64,000 bases of DNA from Candidatus Methanomethylophilaceae archaeon (GTDB lineage: Archaea > Thermoplasmatota > Thermoplasmata > Methanomassiliicoccales > Methanomethylophilaceae), in assembly GCA_050950505.1 (NCBI GenBank), contig JBMNHS010000001.1, positions 384,001-448,000 on the forward strand. The letters run 5' to 3'. The position numbers and the translations under genes are program-made. This document shows positions 49,210 through 59,884 of the stretch, in pieces. How positions within the stretch are numbered: position 1 is the stretch's first letter; each line of letters begins with the position of its first letter. The notes beneath the pieces were generated by a model. The model had not been told where the DNA came from and did not search any database. It was given only the letters and a program-made list of their open reading frames with translations.

Positions 49210-50643
49210 TCAATCCATGAAGCTTTTCATGATGACATCGCCGGTTCCCAGATGCACTATGGGCATTATCGCGGGGTCGGGATGGAAGTTGTGCATTTTC
49301 TGATATTCCGTCTGACTCTGCCAGGCGGAAGCGTTTATGATTTTCACACCGTTGTATTCCGAGCATCCCGCGCCGTGGATGTGTCCCGTGACGTATATGT
49401 CCGGAACTTCCTCTATCGCAAGGTAATCCTTTCTTTCGGGAGCCAAAGCGTTCCTTTGGCCGTATATCGGCGCCATGTGGCGGCGTTTGAGCATCTCCTT
49501 CATGATTCCCAGGGGTTCCTCATAACTCAAACCCTGAACGTTGGAGACCCAGTCATCTATTCCTTTGCCGTGGTAAGTGAGAATCGAACGTCCTTCCACT
49601 TTGAGGGACACGGGATTTCCGGCCAGGATGATGTTCGAATCGAAGGTTTTCGTGAACATGTCTCCCAAGGCCGGTTGCGGTTCCGCCAAACGTACGGCGT
49701 CGTGGTTTCCCGGTTGTATTATGATTTTGAGATGGTCCGGCAGTCCCTTCAGGTGATCCGCCAAAGATTCGTACTGCTTGTAAATGTTCTCGATTTCCAG
49801 TTCTTTTTCCTGTCCCGGGAAGATTCCGATGCCGTCGACCACGTCTCCGGGCAAAACCAGGTAATCCAAATCCGCGTTGTACGCATTGGTCCTCATCCAA
49901 TCAATCATTTTCTGCCAACGGTCTTCCAGGAAGGTGATGCTTCCCACGTGAACGTCGGAAAGGAAAGCAATCGAAGCCACGGAATCCGAAGGTTCCCATT
50001 TGTTGGTTCTGGGAACGTCGGGGAAGAACACCTCTTCGGCAATCAGCAAATCCTTTCTGCCGTTCGGTCTGCCCACAATTCCGATGACTTCGTCGGTGAC
50101 GTAGGATTCGTTCACCAAAGGCGAATCTTTGGAAATGAATACTTTGCAGTTGCCGTCCGCATCTTCGACGCTGAGAATCTTGTGCCCGTTTTTGGTCGTG
50201 TTCACTTCGTAAATCATTCCTATGATTCTCACGTCACGGTCCAGTTTCATCGCCCTCTCAATCGGAATTCCCACGCCGAAATCGCTTCTTCTCGCGATTA
50301 CTCTGCTGAGGATGTCGAACCGGCTTTTGAAATAATTCGCAAAGTCCGTTATCTCCCCTTCGCAGGTGGAATTTCCGGTGATGTCCGTTCCTTCGACGAT
50401 TTCGATATCGGTATGGCGTTTGTTTTTGCGGGATTCCGTCACCGTCGATTTGAAAATCGGAGCGTCTCCCTGCAGACAGTCTTCCAAATCCTTCCTGGCA
50501 ATGAACATTTTGTCCGAAGCCAGGGCGGAAAGTGTGGTGTTGGTGAAGGAAATCGGATCCGAACTCGTAAGGATGTACTCAAGAGCGTCGGGACTGAGCA
50601 ATACCCCCAGTCTTGTGGCGATGTCGAGTACGTCGGATCTCAT
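49210..50643 (-). CDS. polB: DNA polymerase D small (exonuclease) subunit DP1
   Basis: YFKSRF, OB fold, SDVHVGS, GDVVDGIGIFPGQ, PGNHD, YHG, RRHMAP, TGHIH. Confidence 0.95.
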   Translation of the reverse strand: MRSDVLDIATRLGVLLSPDALEYILTSSDPISFTNTTLSALASDKMFIARKDLEDCLQGDAPIFKSTVTESRKNKRHTDIEIVEGTDITGNSTCEGEITDFANYFKSRFDILSRVIARRSDFGVGIPIERAMKLDRDVRIIGMIYEVNTTKNGHKILSVEDADGNCKVFISKDSPLVNESYVTDEVIGIVGRPNGRKDLLIAEEVFFPDVPRTNKWEPSDSVASIAFLSDVHVGSITFLEDRWQKMIDWMRTNAYNADLDYLVLPGDVVDGIGIFPGQEKELEIENIYKQYESLADHLKGLPDHLKIIIQPGNHDAVRLAEPQPALGDMFTKTFDSNIILAGNPVSLKVEGRSILTYHGKGIDDWVSNVQGLSYEEPLGIMKEMLKRRHMAPIYGQRNALAPERKDYLAIEEVPDIYVTGHIHGAGCSEYNGVKIINASAWQSQTEYQKMHNFHPDPAIMPIVHLGTGDVIMKSFMD

Positions 50644-50720
50644 ACCTTCACCATATTCGCCCTGCTATACAAATAATTTGATTCAATGAGGGTTATATAC
50701 GCAGAACAGTTTTCGATATT

Positions 50721-51110
50721 ATGGTCAATGTAAGAATATCCTGCCCCGTCAATCCCAGTGAATCCGATGAGCTGGTACTTGAAGCGGTTCTCAGGATATT
50801 CCCGGACGCGTCCCTGTCCCGTACCGATGAAGGGTACGAGGGGGTTGCCGACGACATCGGGAATCTTTCTTTGCTGATAAGGCAACAAAGGATTCTGGAT
50901 GCCGCCCGGTCCGTCGTGTTCGGAGGTATGTGCGGAGACACGACCGAATTCACCCTCAACAAACAGGCCGCCTCCGTCGGCAAAGTATCTTTCTGTCCGG
51001 AAGATACGGTTCTCGGAGCAATCAAAGTGTGCCTGAACTGTGAGGATTTGGAAGATTTCATCGATATTATGCTTCCCCGCACCGTTGACGGTCAGGAGGT
51101 CATACCGTGA
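50721..51110 (+). CDS. Archaeal RNA-binding-domain protein (DUF54/COG1931-like)
   Basis: PVNPSE..VLEAVLRIFP, QQRILDAAR, LNKQAASVG. Confidence 0.82.
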   Translation: MVNVRISCPVNPSESDELVLEAVLRIFPDASLSRTDEGYEGVADDIGNLSLLIRQQRILDAARSVVFGGMCGDTTEFTLNKQAASVGKVSFCPEDTVLGAIKVCLNCEDLEDFIDIMLPRTVDGQEVIP

Positions 51111-51865
51111 TCGGAGTTTCATGCACAGGATTCAGCGCCCGCCCCTTGGAAGAAATATTGGAAGAAGTTTCTCATGAGTTTACCCATTGGGAGATTGTTT
51201 CCGAAGCGGAACACAGCATAGGACACATCTGGGAGAGGCTGAAGAACGCCATGGGATGTTACGACCTGACTTATTCCTTGCACACTCCGATAAGCGATGC
51301 GAACATCGCCTCTCTGTCCGACAGAATGAGGGAATCTTCCGTTTTGGAAATGATCGCCAATGTGGAATTGGCTTCGGCACTCGGCATCGGAACAATCACG
51401 GTGCATCCGGGTTTGGAATCCATGAGCGTACCCGGAATGAAAGAGAAATCCATGGAAAACGCCAAACGTTCTTTGAGAATTCTGGATCGGACGGCAACGG
51501 AATACGGAGTCACCCTCGCCATAGAAAACATGCCGAGATTTCCGCCGATGTTGGGCAAAACCGCGGAAGAGCTGAAAGAACTCATTGACGGTACCGGCCT
51601 GAGTATATGTTTCGATGTGGGTCACGCCCATACAAACAATCAGATCGAAGAAATGATTTCCACGTTCAAGGACAGAATGGCGAACATTCACGTTCATGAC
51701 AACAACGGGGAATCCGACGAACATCTTACCGTCGGCGACGGTACCGTGGATTTCCCCGGCACAATGAGATCTCTTGAGGGATACGAAGGAAAATACGTCA
51801 TAGAATCCAAATCTCTCGCGTCCGCCGTCGAGTCCAAGAGAAGATTGTCCATACTTTTGGAATGA
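51107..51865 (+). CDS. Sugar phosphate isomerase/epimerase (AP-endonuclease-2 TIM barrel) family
   Basis: HTPISDANIAS, VHPG, IENMP, FDVGHAH, HVHDNNG..DEHL..GDGT. Confidence 0.88.
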   Translation: MIGVSCTGFSARPLEEILEEVSHEFTHWEIVSEAEHSIGHIWERLKNAMGCYDLTYSLHTPISDANIASLSDRMRESSVLEMIANVELASALGIGTITVHPGLESMSVPGMKEKSMENAKRSLRILDRTATEYGVTLAIENMPRFPPMLGKTAEELKELIDGTGLSICFDVGHAHTNNQIEEMISTFKDRMANIHVHDNNGESDEHLTVGDGTVDFPGTMRSLEGYEGKYVIESKSLASAVESKRRLSILLE

Positions 51866-51936
51866 AACCATTCAATCTCGGAACGGAATCGATCTTACAG
51901 CCAATCCAAAGATTTTTCCAATAAACCGGGTGTTTT

Positions 51937-53037
51937 TCACTCCAAACCCTTGGGATAAGGAGGGCGGTTCTTGAAATCCTTGAGGAATCCCCACATTTTG
52001 ACCGCCAGCACAACGGTTGCCAGAACTCCGACGGCCAGTATCGCAAGTGTGCCGATGCCGAGAACAGCCTCGCTTCCGCCCAGCCAGGTGTAGGCTGAAA
52101 CGTAGTCGTTCACGAAATGCAACAGTATCGCCGCGTACAATCCGTATTCCACGAAAAGATAACCTGCCGCCAAACCGAATATGAAAGCGGGTATGACCTT
52201 TGCCATGCCCCATCCCGCTTCATGTCCGTAACCGAATACCAAAGCGGCGATTACGATAAGTCCCATGGACAGTTTGTCGACACCGAAACCTCCCAAAGGA
52301 TATTTCCAGAAATCCGTTTTTCCTTTTGCCAAGGCCATCAGAAGCAAGGGTACGCCTATTATCAGAACTCTGGTGATCAATTCTTCCCAGACGCTTGCAT
52401 CGGCCAGAACGAACATCAGTGCCAGTTGGTCCATATCCATGTCCGGAACGGTGAAATCCACTCCGAAGAAAAGTATGGCTGCATAAAGAACGACAATCTG
52501 AAGGAACATGGTGGCGGGCCACAAGAGTCCGATCCAATATATGCCGGTCTTTTCGATTTTTAAAGATTCTTCATTCTTTTGTTTGCGGTTTTTGAAGTAA
52601 AGGTATGTTTCATGGACGAGTTTGATGAAACACAACGTCAGAACGGCCACCAGAAACAGCCAGTACAGCTGCAGCAACGTCTCCGATATGACCGTAAAAG
52701 TGTACGGATACGGAATCAGTATCAGTATTCCGTACATTTTGTCCGAAAGAAACAGGAAAATGTCCGAGGCGTGGACATACAGAGCAACGGCGTCCACAAT
52801 CAAAAACAAGGATGTGAGGATTGCGGCAATAATTCCGAAAATACGGGTAAACGAGAAACTTTTGATCTGCGGCGGTGCGGTGACATGAAACGGTCTGCCG
52901 CAGCTTCCGCAATGTCCGGCATTCCCGTATCGGTAAGAGTTGCATGAAAAACAATCCAGCAATTTGCCGCATTTTCCGCAGTACATGTAACCCGCATTGC
53001 GGTATTCTTCACAATGTGGACAATCCGCTCGGTTCAT
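51937..53037 (-). CDS. CPBP (CAAX/Abi) intramembrane metalloprotease with N-terminal zinc ribbons
   Basis: CPHC, CGKC, CFSC, CGSC, then WEELITR, FGYGH, LLHFVND. ATGA overlap with the upstream gene. Confidence 0.88.
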   Translation of the reverse strand: MNRADCPHCEEYRNAGYMYCGKCGKLLDCFSCNSYRYGNAGHCGSCGRPFHVTAPPQIKSFSFTRIFGIIAAILTSLFLIVDAVALYVHASDIFLFLSDKMYGILILIPYPYTFTVISETLLQLYWLFLVAVLTLCFIKLVHETYLYFKNRKQKNEESLKIEKTGIYWIGLLWPATMFLQIVVLYAAILFFGVDFTVPDMDMDQLALMFVLADASVWEELITRVLIIGVPLLLMALAKGKTDFWKYPLGGFGVDKLSMGLIVIAALVFGYGHEAGWGMAKVIPAFIFGLAAGYLFVEYGLYAAILLHFVNDYVSAYTWLGGSEAVLGIGTLAILAVGVLATVVLAVKMWGFLKDFKNRPPYPKGLE

Positions 53038-53639
53038 GAAATCATTCCGAGAATATTTCTGACCCGTTCGCAATCGATTACCGCAAGTATTTTTTCTTCC
53101 CTTTCCGAAAGTTCCGTCAGACGCAGGGAGATGTATCTTTCCCTTATGTTGATCATTTCCCGGAATCCTTTCTTGCGGTTCACAAAATCATCCCATTCTT
53201 CCGAGAATTTTTCGGGAGAACTCATGTCGAATTTCTTCTTCATTCCTTTTTTGGCCATTCTGTGTTCGTTGACCCATTCCAAAGAACTCACGGTTTCGCA
53301 GTATATCTCCGTGTATTGCCGGTCCGGCATGTCCAAGGGAATCAATTCCTTGGAATCTTTGTCGCAAAGGTCCACAATCGCACACCATGCGGGCGCGGGT
53401 ACGGTGACTTCCCCGAAACTGGAAAGTCTGTGGGCGAACACGAGATCCATTTCGCTCGGTTCGTAATCGTCAACGATGGATTCTCTGTGACGCACCCCTT
53501 CTATTTCTTCGGGACTCAGGGAAACGGCGTATCTGTCGTAATTTCCGTAAATTCCGTTGATGCGGTCGGCGTATGAAGAAAGTCCTCTGACAACGGGAAG
53601 AATGTCCAGTTCGGCCTTTCCCAGCGTGAGGGAAATCAT
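53034..53639 (-). CDS. Hypothetical protein
   Basis: 201-aa ORF with ATGA overlaps at both ends. FGEV..P.P and LDM..E.Y motifs. Confidence 0.75.
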   Translation of the reverse strand: MISLTLGKAELDILPVVRGLSSYADRINGIYGNYDRYAVSLSPEEIEGVRHRESIVDDYEPSEMDLVFAHRLSSFGEVTVPAPAWCAIVDLCDKDSKELIPLDMPDRQYTEIYCETVSSLEWVNEHRMAKKGMKKKFDMSSPEKFSEEWDDFVNRKKGFREMINIRERYISLRLTELSEREEKILAVIDCERVRNILGMIS

Positions 53640-54583
53640 TTTCTGCTGCTCCTGGAAAGCACCAACTCCGTAAGCTCTTCGCTTTCGTCTATTCTTTTCA
53701 GTTCATCCACGGATATGACCGCGGTGGTTTTGATGGAATCCCGGTTCTTTGCCTGTTTGACGATGACCACCGAAGGTTTGCCGGCGAGATGGGACACTTC
53801 CGAGGTAATCGCCGCTCTTTGAACGAGTTTCTCTTCGTCTTCCCCCGTGCCGGTGAGGATTAGGACTTCCTTTACCCTCGACAGGGCATCGAAAGGACTC
53901 TTCATTACGGGCGTTATGCTGAATCCGATATCAATAAGTCTGTTGAGCACGACGGAATCCGTTCTTTCCTTTCCGCTCACTTCGTATTTTTCAGAGGTGG
54001 ATTCCGGGGTGTACTCGAAAGGATTCAAAGGTACGATGATCTGTGTGTTGAGAAATTCCTCTATCCTCAGAGCCGCGTCTATCATGGCCCCCATTCCGGT
54101 TTCGTACATCTGGATGGTTCTTCTCGAAACACCTGCAATCTGCGCAAGGGATCCTAGGCTGATATGATTGGTTTCCCGGGCCTTCCTGAGGAGGTCACTG
54201 TCGAGTTTCACGTACATCCCGCCGGGTGCGGCGAATATCAGCGGAGGGACTTCCTCTATGGTGTGATCCGCCAGAGTTTCGTTGGAAATTATGGGTATGT
54301 TGAATCTTGAATACACTATTCCGGGTTCCAAAGCTCCGGAACTGGAACGTTCCCCTATGAGAATGGGACTTGCGGACAAAGCATCGGCAAGAACCTTCAT
54401 TTCTTCCGCATTGTCTTTCGAAAAAGCGTCCACGTTGCTGAGGATTTTGATGATGAGCAGACTGTCGTCCCTGCGGGCGACGATGTCGAAGCAGATACTT
54501 CGCAGATTGAGACTTGATGACACATCGTAACCTGCCTTGGTGAGAGTGGCACGTGTGGTTTCAATAAGCTCGGCTCTGCTCAT
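53636..54583 (-). CDS. Archaeal HTH transcriptional regulator (COG1395-like)
   Basis: CFDIVARR, KILSNVDA, AAPGGMYV, SLGSLAQIAGVSRRTIQMYE HTH, SPFDA. Confidence 0.9.
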   Translation of the reverse strand: MSRAELIETTRATLTKAGYDVSSSLNLRSICFDIVARRDDSLLIIKILSNVDAFSKDNAEEMKVLADALSASPILIGERSSSGALEPGIVYSRFNIPIISNETLADHTIEEVPPLIFAAPGGMYVKLDSDLLRKARETNHISLGSLAQIAGVSRRTIQMYETGMGAMIDAALRIEEFLNTQIIVPLNPFEYTPESTSEKYEVSGKERTDSVVLNRLIDIGFSITPVMKSPFDALSRVKEVLILTGTGEDEEKLVQRAAITSEVSHLAGKPSVVIVKQAKNRDSIKTTAVISVDELKRIDESEELTELVLSRSSRK

Positions 54584-54635
54584 GGTATTAAAGTGGTTGT
54601 TCTTCTATAAAATACAGTCTTTATTTCTTGTTGTC

Positions 54636-54707
54636 TGCCGAAACAGGGGGTTGACCGGCCGTATGGCCGGTCTTGGAGGTCGGAGGTAACGGACCTCGTT
54701 TCAGGCA
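54636..54707. ncRNA. Candidate structured RNA (three-way junction) in the hsp20 3' region
   Basis: Outer stem TGCC-GAAAC/GTTTC-A-GGCA encloses hairpins GACCGGCC-GTAT-GGCCGGTC and GAGGTC-N10-GACCTC. Confidence 0.5.
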
Positions 54708-54713
54708 ATCTCC

Positions 54714-55208
54714 TTATTCGATTTCGATGCGTCTGGCGGATTTTTCCTTGTCCAGGGACTTGAAGCATATCTCCAAAATCCCGTTGTTGTACTCGGCTTC
54801 AGCGCCGTCGGTATCGATTTCGCAGGGCAATGCCACAATTTTTTTGTATTTTTTCTCGGGGGTATCCACCGAGATGGAAACGGAGTCTGCGGTGGCATCG
54901 ATCACGATGTCTTCCTTCTTCGCTCCCGGAAGTTCGGCGACCACTCTCACCAATCCGTCTTCGACGGTTGTGTCGGTGAAGGGTTCCCTTGCGGTTTCCC
55001 CCACGGGGAGACCCACGGTTGCCGAAGGGTTTCCGAATTCTTTCACGTGGGCCACTCCGTCGGGACCCCGGTACAATGTGTACCCGTAAGTCTTGACGTC
55101 GGGACCGCTGGTTCTCATGAAATTGTCGAACATTTCATCCATTCTGCGGTTGAAATCTTCGAATTCCCTGAACAGTCTGTTCCATGTGTCCTTTGTCATT
55201 TTCATCAC
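54714..55208 (-). CDS. hsp20: Small heat-shock protein Hsp20 (archaeal)
   Basis: [42 protein letters not shown] tail. Confidence 0.94.
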   Translation of the reverse strand: MMKMTKDTWNRLFREFEDFNRRMDEMFDNFMRTSGPDVKTYGYTLYRGPDGVAHVKEFGNPSATVGLPVGETAREPFTDTTVEDGLVRVVAELPGAKKEDIVIDATADSVSISVDTPEKKYKKIVALPCEIDTDGAEAEYNNGILEICFKSLDKEKSARRIEIE

Positions 55209-57382
55209 TCCTTGTTTTTATCGCCGTATTCTTTCAGTTTCTTTGAAACGGCCGGACCGAATTTCTCGGTCGCCTTTTCAAAATCTTCCATTGTGACTTT
55301 GCACGCATCCAGTTCTTCCTGTGTCGGATCGCCTTCGGCGACAAGGCGTCTGACGGAAGTCATCACCGCTTCGTTGGTGATGGCGGATATGTCCGCACCG
55401 GTGCATCCTTCGGTCATTTCGGCGAGTTTCTTCAAATCCACGTTTTCATCAAGAGGCTTGCCTCTGGTGTGTATCTTGAAGATTTCCTCCCTGGACTCTT
55501 TGTCCGGAGGTCCCACCATCATGCTCTTGTCGAACCTTCCGGGTCTGAGCAGCGCGGGGTCGATCATGTCCGGACGGTTGGTGGCGGCTATTATCACCAC
55601 GTCATTCAGCACCTCGAGACCGTCCATCTCCGTAAGAAGCTGGGACACCACCCTTTCGGTGACGTTGCTGTCACAGCTTCCGCTTCCCCTGTTGGGGGCA
55701 ATGGAGTCTATCTCGTCCATGAAAATCACACAGGGGGCGGCCTGTCTGGCTTTCCTGAAGGTTTCCCTTACGGCTTTCTCCGATTCACCCACCCACTTGT
55801 TGAGGAACTCCGGTCCTTTCACGGATATGAAGTTCGCTTCGGATTCCGTCGCGACGGCTTTCGCGAGGAGGGTCTTACCGGTTCCCGGAGGGCCGTACAG
55901 CAGGATTCCCTTCGGAGGTTTGGCCCCCATGTGCTCAAAGACTTTGGAATACTTCAGAGGCCATTCCACGGCTTCTTTCAGTTCGTCTTTCACGGATTGC
56001 AGGGCTCCGATGTCATCCCACTTTATGTTGGGCCTTTCAATCAGCACTTCCCTCATGGTCGAGGGCTGCATGTCCTTGAATCCTTCGCGGAAATCGTCCA
56101 TCGTGATTGTGATGGTGTTCAGCACGGACAGGGGGACTTCATCGCTGTCGGTGTCTATGTCGGGAAGGACTCTTCTGAGCGCCGCCATGGCGGCTTCCTT
56201 GGTAAGGGCGGACAGATCCGCGCCCGAGTACCCATGAGTTTTGTCGGCTATGGTTTCCAGTTTTACGGATTCGTCGATGGGCATTCCGCGGGTATGGATT
56301 TCGAGAATGTCGAAACGTCCGTTTCTGTCGGGAATGCCTATTTCGATTTCTCTGTCGAATCTTCCCGGCCTTCTTAGGGCCTCGTCTATGGAGTTGGGTC
56401 TGTTGGTAGCGCCGATCACAACGACTTTGCCTCTGGACTTTATGCCGTCCATCAACGCCAGCAACTGAGCCACGACCCTTCTTTCCGTTTCTCCGGTGAC
56501 TTCGTCCCTCTTGGGGGCGATGGAGTCAATTTCGTCGATGAAGATGATGCTCGGAGCATTTTCTTCGGCTTCCGTGAAGATGTCTCTGAGTTTTTCCTCG
56601 GATTCTCCGTAGTACTTGCTCATGATCTCCGGTCCGCCGACGTATATGAAATTGCTGCTGGTTTCTCCGGCCACGGCTTTGGCCAGCATGGTTTTTCCGG
56701 TACCGGGAGGTCCGTGCAGCAACACACCCATGGGAGCTTCGATGCCGAGCCTGTCGAAGAGTTCGGGGTGTTTCAGCGGAAGTTCCACCATTTCCCTGAT
56801 TTTGCTGACGGCATCGTCAAGTCCCCCGATGTCGTCGTAGGACACCTGGGGGATTTCGCCTGCGGCCACATCCGCGGGCTTGTCACTGATGTTCACATTC
56901 GTGGATGATGTCAATATGACGGCTTCGCTGGAAGGTGCGTATGACGTGACGATGAACTCCATTTTGTTGCCCATCACGTTCAGTGACACAGCGTCTCCCT
57001 TCGAGAATGCGCGTCCTTCGAAGATCTGTTTGAAATATTCGTCCCCGCCCTGCAGCCTCAGCTGATCGGTGGGAGCAAAAGTGATTTTGGTCGCCGGTTT
57101 GGCGTTGACTTTGTGTACTGCCACCCTTTCGTCAATGGATGTGCCTGCATTCCATCTGGTGTTGCCGTCAACTCTGATAACGCCTCTGTTGGCATCCTCG
57201 GGACCTCCTCTGAGGACCTTTGCGACGGTGTTCTTCTCGCCGGTGATTTTCACGATGTCCCCGACTTTGATGTCCATCACGTCCATCAGTTCGGGGTCCA
57301 GGCGGACGATTCCTCTGCCCGCCTCTCCTGATTTCAATTCGGCGACCTTTATCGCTTTGTCGCCTATGTTTTTCGATGTCAT
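55205..57382 (-). CDS. cdc48: CDC48/VAT AAA+ ATPase
   Basis: N-domain plus two AAA modules (GPPGTGKT x2, [28 protein letters not shown]). Confidence 0.96.
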   Translation of the reverse strand: MTSKNIGDKAIKVAELKSGEAGRGIVRLDPELMDVMDIKVGDIVKITGEKNTVAKVLRGGPEDANRGVIRVDGNTRWNAGTSIDERVAVHKVNAKPATKITFAPTDQLRLQGGDEYFKQIFEGRAFSKGDAVSLNVMGNKMEFIVTSYAPSSEAVILTSSTNVNISDKPADVAAGEIPQVSYDDIGGLDDAVSKIREMVELPLKHPELFDRLGIEAPMGVLLHGPPGTGKTMLAKAVAGETSSNFIYVGGPEIMSKYYGESEEKLRDIFTEAEENAPSIIFIDEIDSIAPKRDEVTGETERRVVAQLLALMDGIKSRGKVVVIGATNRPNSIDEALRRPGRFDREIEIGIPDRNGRFDILEIHTRGMPIDESVKLETIADKTHGYSGADLSALTKEAAMAALRRVLPDIDTDSDEVPLSVLNTITITMDDFREGFKDMQPSTMREVLIERPNIKWDDIGALQSVKDELKEAVEWPLKYSKVFEHMGAKPPKGILLYGPPGTGKTLLAKAVATESEANFISVKGPEFLNKWVGESEKAVRETFRKARQAAPCVIFMDEIDSIAPNRGSGSCDSNVTERVVSQLLTEMDGLEVLNDVVIIAATNRPDMIDPALLRPGRFDKSMMVGPPDKESREEIFKIHTRGKPLDENVDLKKLAEMTEGCTGADISAITNEAVMTSVRRLVAEGDPTQEELDACKVTMEDFEKATEKFGPAVSKKLKEYGDKNKE

Positions 57383-57681
57383 CTGTTTTCACCTCTCTGT
57401 GTTCGATATTCAACTGTTTGGGATGTCATGTTCGTAAAAACGGATATGAGATTCTGCAGCAGTTTTCTGCTCGAACTTCTACGATATATTAGTTTGTACT
57501 TCTATATAAATGTTTGTTTTCTTTATAAAGAGTTTTTATCCTCCCGCATTCGGTCAACCCATCAAAAAATCGCTGTCTCGCAATTGAAAGTGCGGACGGT
57601 ACTGCCGATAAACATCACAAAGCGGCAGAGATTATCCGTGATAAAACATGCTTAAATACGGTCCTCGCGTTGTTCAAGGAT

Positions 57682-58308
57682 ATGTGTCCGAATACGGACC
57701 GGAACGGTTTCGGTTCCGAAGTTACGGTTTCGGAAGACGCAGGGATACGGGGAAATCCGAACATAAACGAAGGATTGTCTCCGATTGTCAACGGCCCAAC
57801 ATCAAAAAACAAAGCGACGGTTCAATTTACCTTGGTTGAAAGCGTTTCCTGTTCCATTTTATCGGACGAAGAGGATTCAGGCATCGTATACACCATAGGC
57901 TACGAAGGTCTGACCGTGGAAGAACTCATTGAAAAATTGAAATGTCACAGGATCCGGCAACTGATTGACGTAAGGGAAAGATCCGCAAGCCGGAAAAAAG
58001 GTTTTTCAAAAATTCCCCTGAGACAACGTTTGGAAGAAGAAGGGATAGCATACGTTCACATGAGAACGCTGGGCGCACCCCCGGAAATAAGGCACGAATA
58101 CAAAAAAGGCGGATCCGAAAAAATTTTTTTCGAAATATATGAGAAACATCTGAACGAAAAAGTTTCCGGAGAAATAACCGCAATGGAAAAACACGTTTCT
58201 GAGAGAACATCGGTTCTGATGTGCTTTGAACGTTCGTATCTCCGCTGTCACAGAAAAATACTGGCAGACAAACTAAAAGATATGAGATACAGAGTAAAAC
58301 ATCTTTGA
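57682..58308 (+). CDS. DUF488 family protein (start uncertain)
   Basis: VYTIGYEG, LIDVR, SRKKGFSK, YVH..LG, LMCFE..CHR. The domain begins near 57883. TTG 57832 is an alternative start. Confidence 0.82.
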   Translation: MCPNTDRNGFGSEVTVSEDAGIRGNPNINEGLSPIVNGPTSKNKATVQFTLVESVSCSILSDEEDSGIVYTIGYEGLTVEELIEKLKCHRIRQLIDVRERSASRKKGFSKIPLRQRLEEEGIAYVHMRTLGAPPEIRHEYKKGGSEKIFFEIYEKHLNEKVSGEITAMEKHVSERTSVLMCFERSYLRCHRKILADKLKDMRYRVKHL

Positions 58309-58495
58309 AAGCGATTGAATTCGACAACAGGGGAGTATCCGGTGACGGAGTCTGTTTTCGATATCTGTTATGGATACACTATGTTTTTTTTAATTTAGTT
58401 AAAGAAACTGTAACCCTTCAACACTGAATTTATAATGTATATTATTATACATCAATGTACCTAAATATATATACAATGAATATAATGATACTATT

Positions 58496-59815
58496 ATGTC
58501 GTTACCCAAAGACATCCGCACATGTCTCGGTGTCGAGGAGATTCCGAGAAAATGGTACAACTTGGCGGCAGACCTTCCCAAACCGGTATCGCCTCCTTTG
58601 AATCCCAAAACGAAGGAGCCCGTCAATCCGGAAGATCTGGCTTCTCTGTTCTGCAAAGACATAATCAAACAGGAGATGTCGACCGAACGGTATATCGACA
58701 TTCCGGAAGAGGTCAGAGACAGTCTTGTCCATCTCCTCCGTCCTTCGGTGCTGCAAAGAGCATACAGGTTGGAAAAGCATCTCAAAACACCCGCGAAGAT
58801 TTACTTCAAAAGAGAGGACATGAGTCCGTTGGGCAGTCACAAAGGAAACACTGCCGTGGCTCAGGCTTATTACAACGCGGAGGCGGGAGTTCACACTCTA
58901 ACCACGGAAACCGGTGCGGGACAGTGGGGAACGGCGTTGGCGGCTTCCTGCAACATGTTCGGCATCAAAGCCACGGTGTTCATGGTCCGCGGAAGTTACG
59001 ATCACAAGCCTTCTAGAAAAACAATCACCGAACTTTACGGAGGCACGATTTATCCTTCACCCTCGGTCCACACCGAATACGGAAGGGAATATCTGAAAAA
59101 ACATCCGGATTCCGTCGGTTCTCTGGGAATAGCGATTTCCGAAGCCTGTGAACTGGCTTACCAAGATCCCGGAACCTGTTACGCCTTGGGGAGCGTGCTG
59201 AACCACGTCATGCTGCATCAGACCGTCATAGGTCAGGAAACCATGGAACAGATGAAAAAAGCGGAGATCGAACCCGACGTGATGATAGGATGCGTCGGAG
59301 GTGGTTCGAACTTCGCAGGTTTCACCTTCCCGATGATTGCCGAGAAGATAAAAGGAAAAACGGAATGCGAATTCCTTGCCGTCGAGTCGAAAGCCGCCCC
59401 CAGCATAACCCAGGGAGAATACAGATACGATCTGGGAGACACGGGAGGATTCACGCCTTTGCTGATGATGCATACCGTGGGTCACGATTACATCCCGCCG
59501 TCGGTTCACGCCGGAGGTCTGAGATATCACGGAATGTCTCCTCTGGTGTCCGCGGCCGCCGAACAGGGATTGGTCAAAGCCGTAGCCTACGATCAGTTGG
59601 AAACCTTCGAAGCCGGAGACATGTTCGCCAGCGTCGAAGGGATAATTCCGGCTCCCGAATCCAACCATGCCATAAAAGCCGCGATAGACGAAGCTCTGAA
59701 TTGCCGCAGGACCGGAGAAGAGAAGACTATAGTGTTCTGTCTTTCCGGACACGGATTCCTGGATTTGAACGGTTATTCCGAATACCTCAGCGGAAGCATG
59801 GTTCCCTCGGTCTGA
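58496..59815 (+). CDS. trpB2: TrpB2-type tryptophan synthase beta-like PLP enzyme
   Basis: IPRKWYN, GSHKGNTA, TTETGAGQWG, GSVLNHV, HAGGLRYHG, PAPESNHA, LSGHG. Confidence 0.93.
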   Translation: MSLPKDIRTCLGVEEIPRKWYNLAADLPKPVSPPLNPKTKEPVNPEDLASLFCKDIIKQEMSTERYIDIPEEVRDSLVHLLRPSVLQRAYRLEKHLKTPAKIYFKREDMSPLGSHKGNTAVAQAYYNAEAGVHTLTTETGAGQWGTALAASCNMFGIKATVFMVRGSYDHKPSRKTITELYGGTIYPSPSVHTEYGREYLKKHPDSVGSLGIAISEACELAYQDPGTCYALGSVLNHVMLHQTVIGQETMEQMKKAEIEPDVMIGCVGGGSNFAGFTFPMIAEKIKGKTECEFLAVESKAAPSITQGEYRYDLGDTGGFTPLLMMHTVGHDYIPPSVHAGGLRYHGMSPLVSAAAEQGLVKAVAYDQLETFEAGDMFASVEGIIPAPESNHAIKAAIDEALNCRRTGEEKTIVFCLSGHGFLDLNGYSEYLSGSMVPSV

Positions 59816-59884
59816 TTGAACGTCCAAACCTCTTTCCCTCTTTTTTCAGATATCAATAAATAGAAACTCAAAGTACAAAGGTAC

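Noticed and set aside
58435-58452. Palindrome ATGTAT-N6-ATACAT upstream of trpB2 as an operator
   Set aside because: Low-complexity AT-rich context makes a chance match likely.
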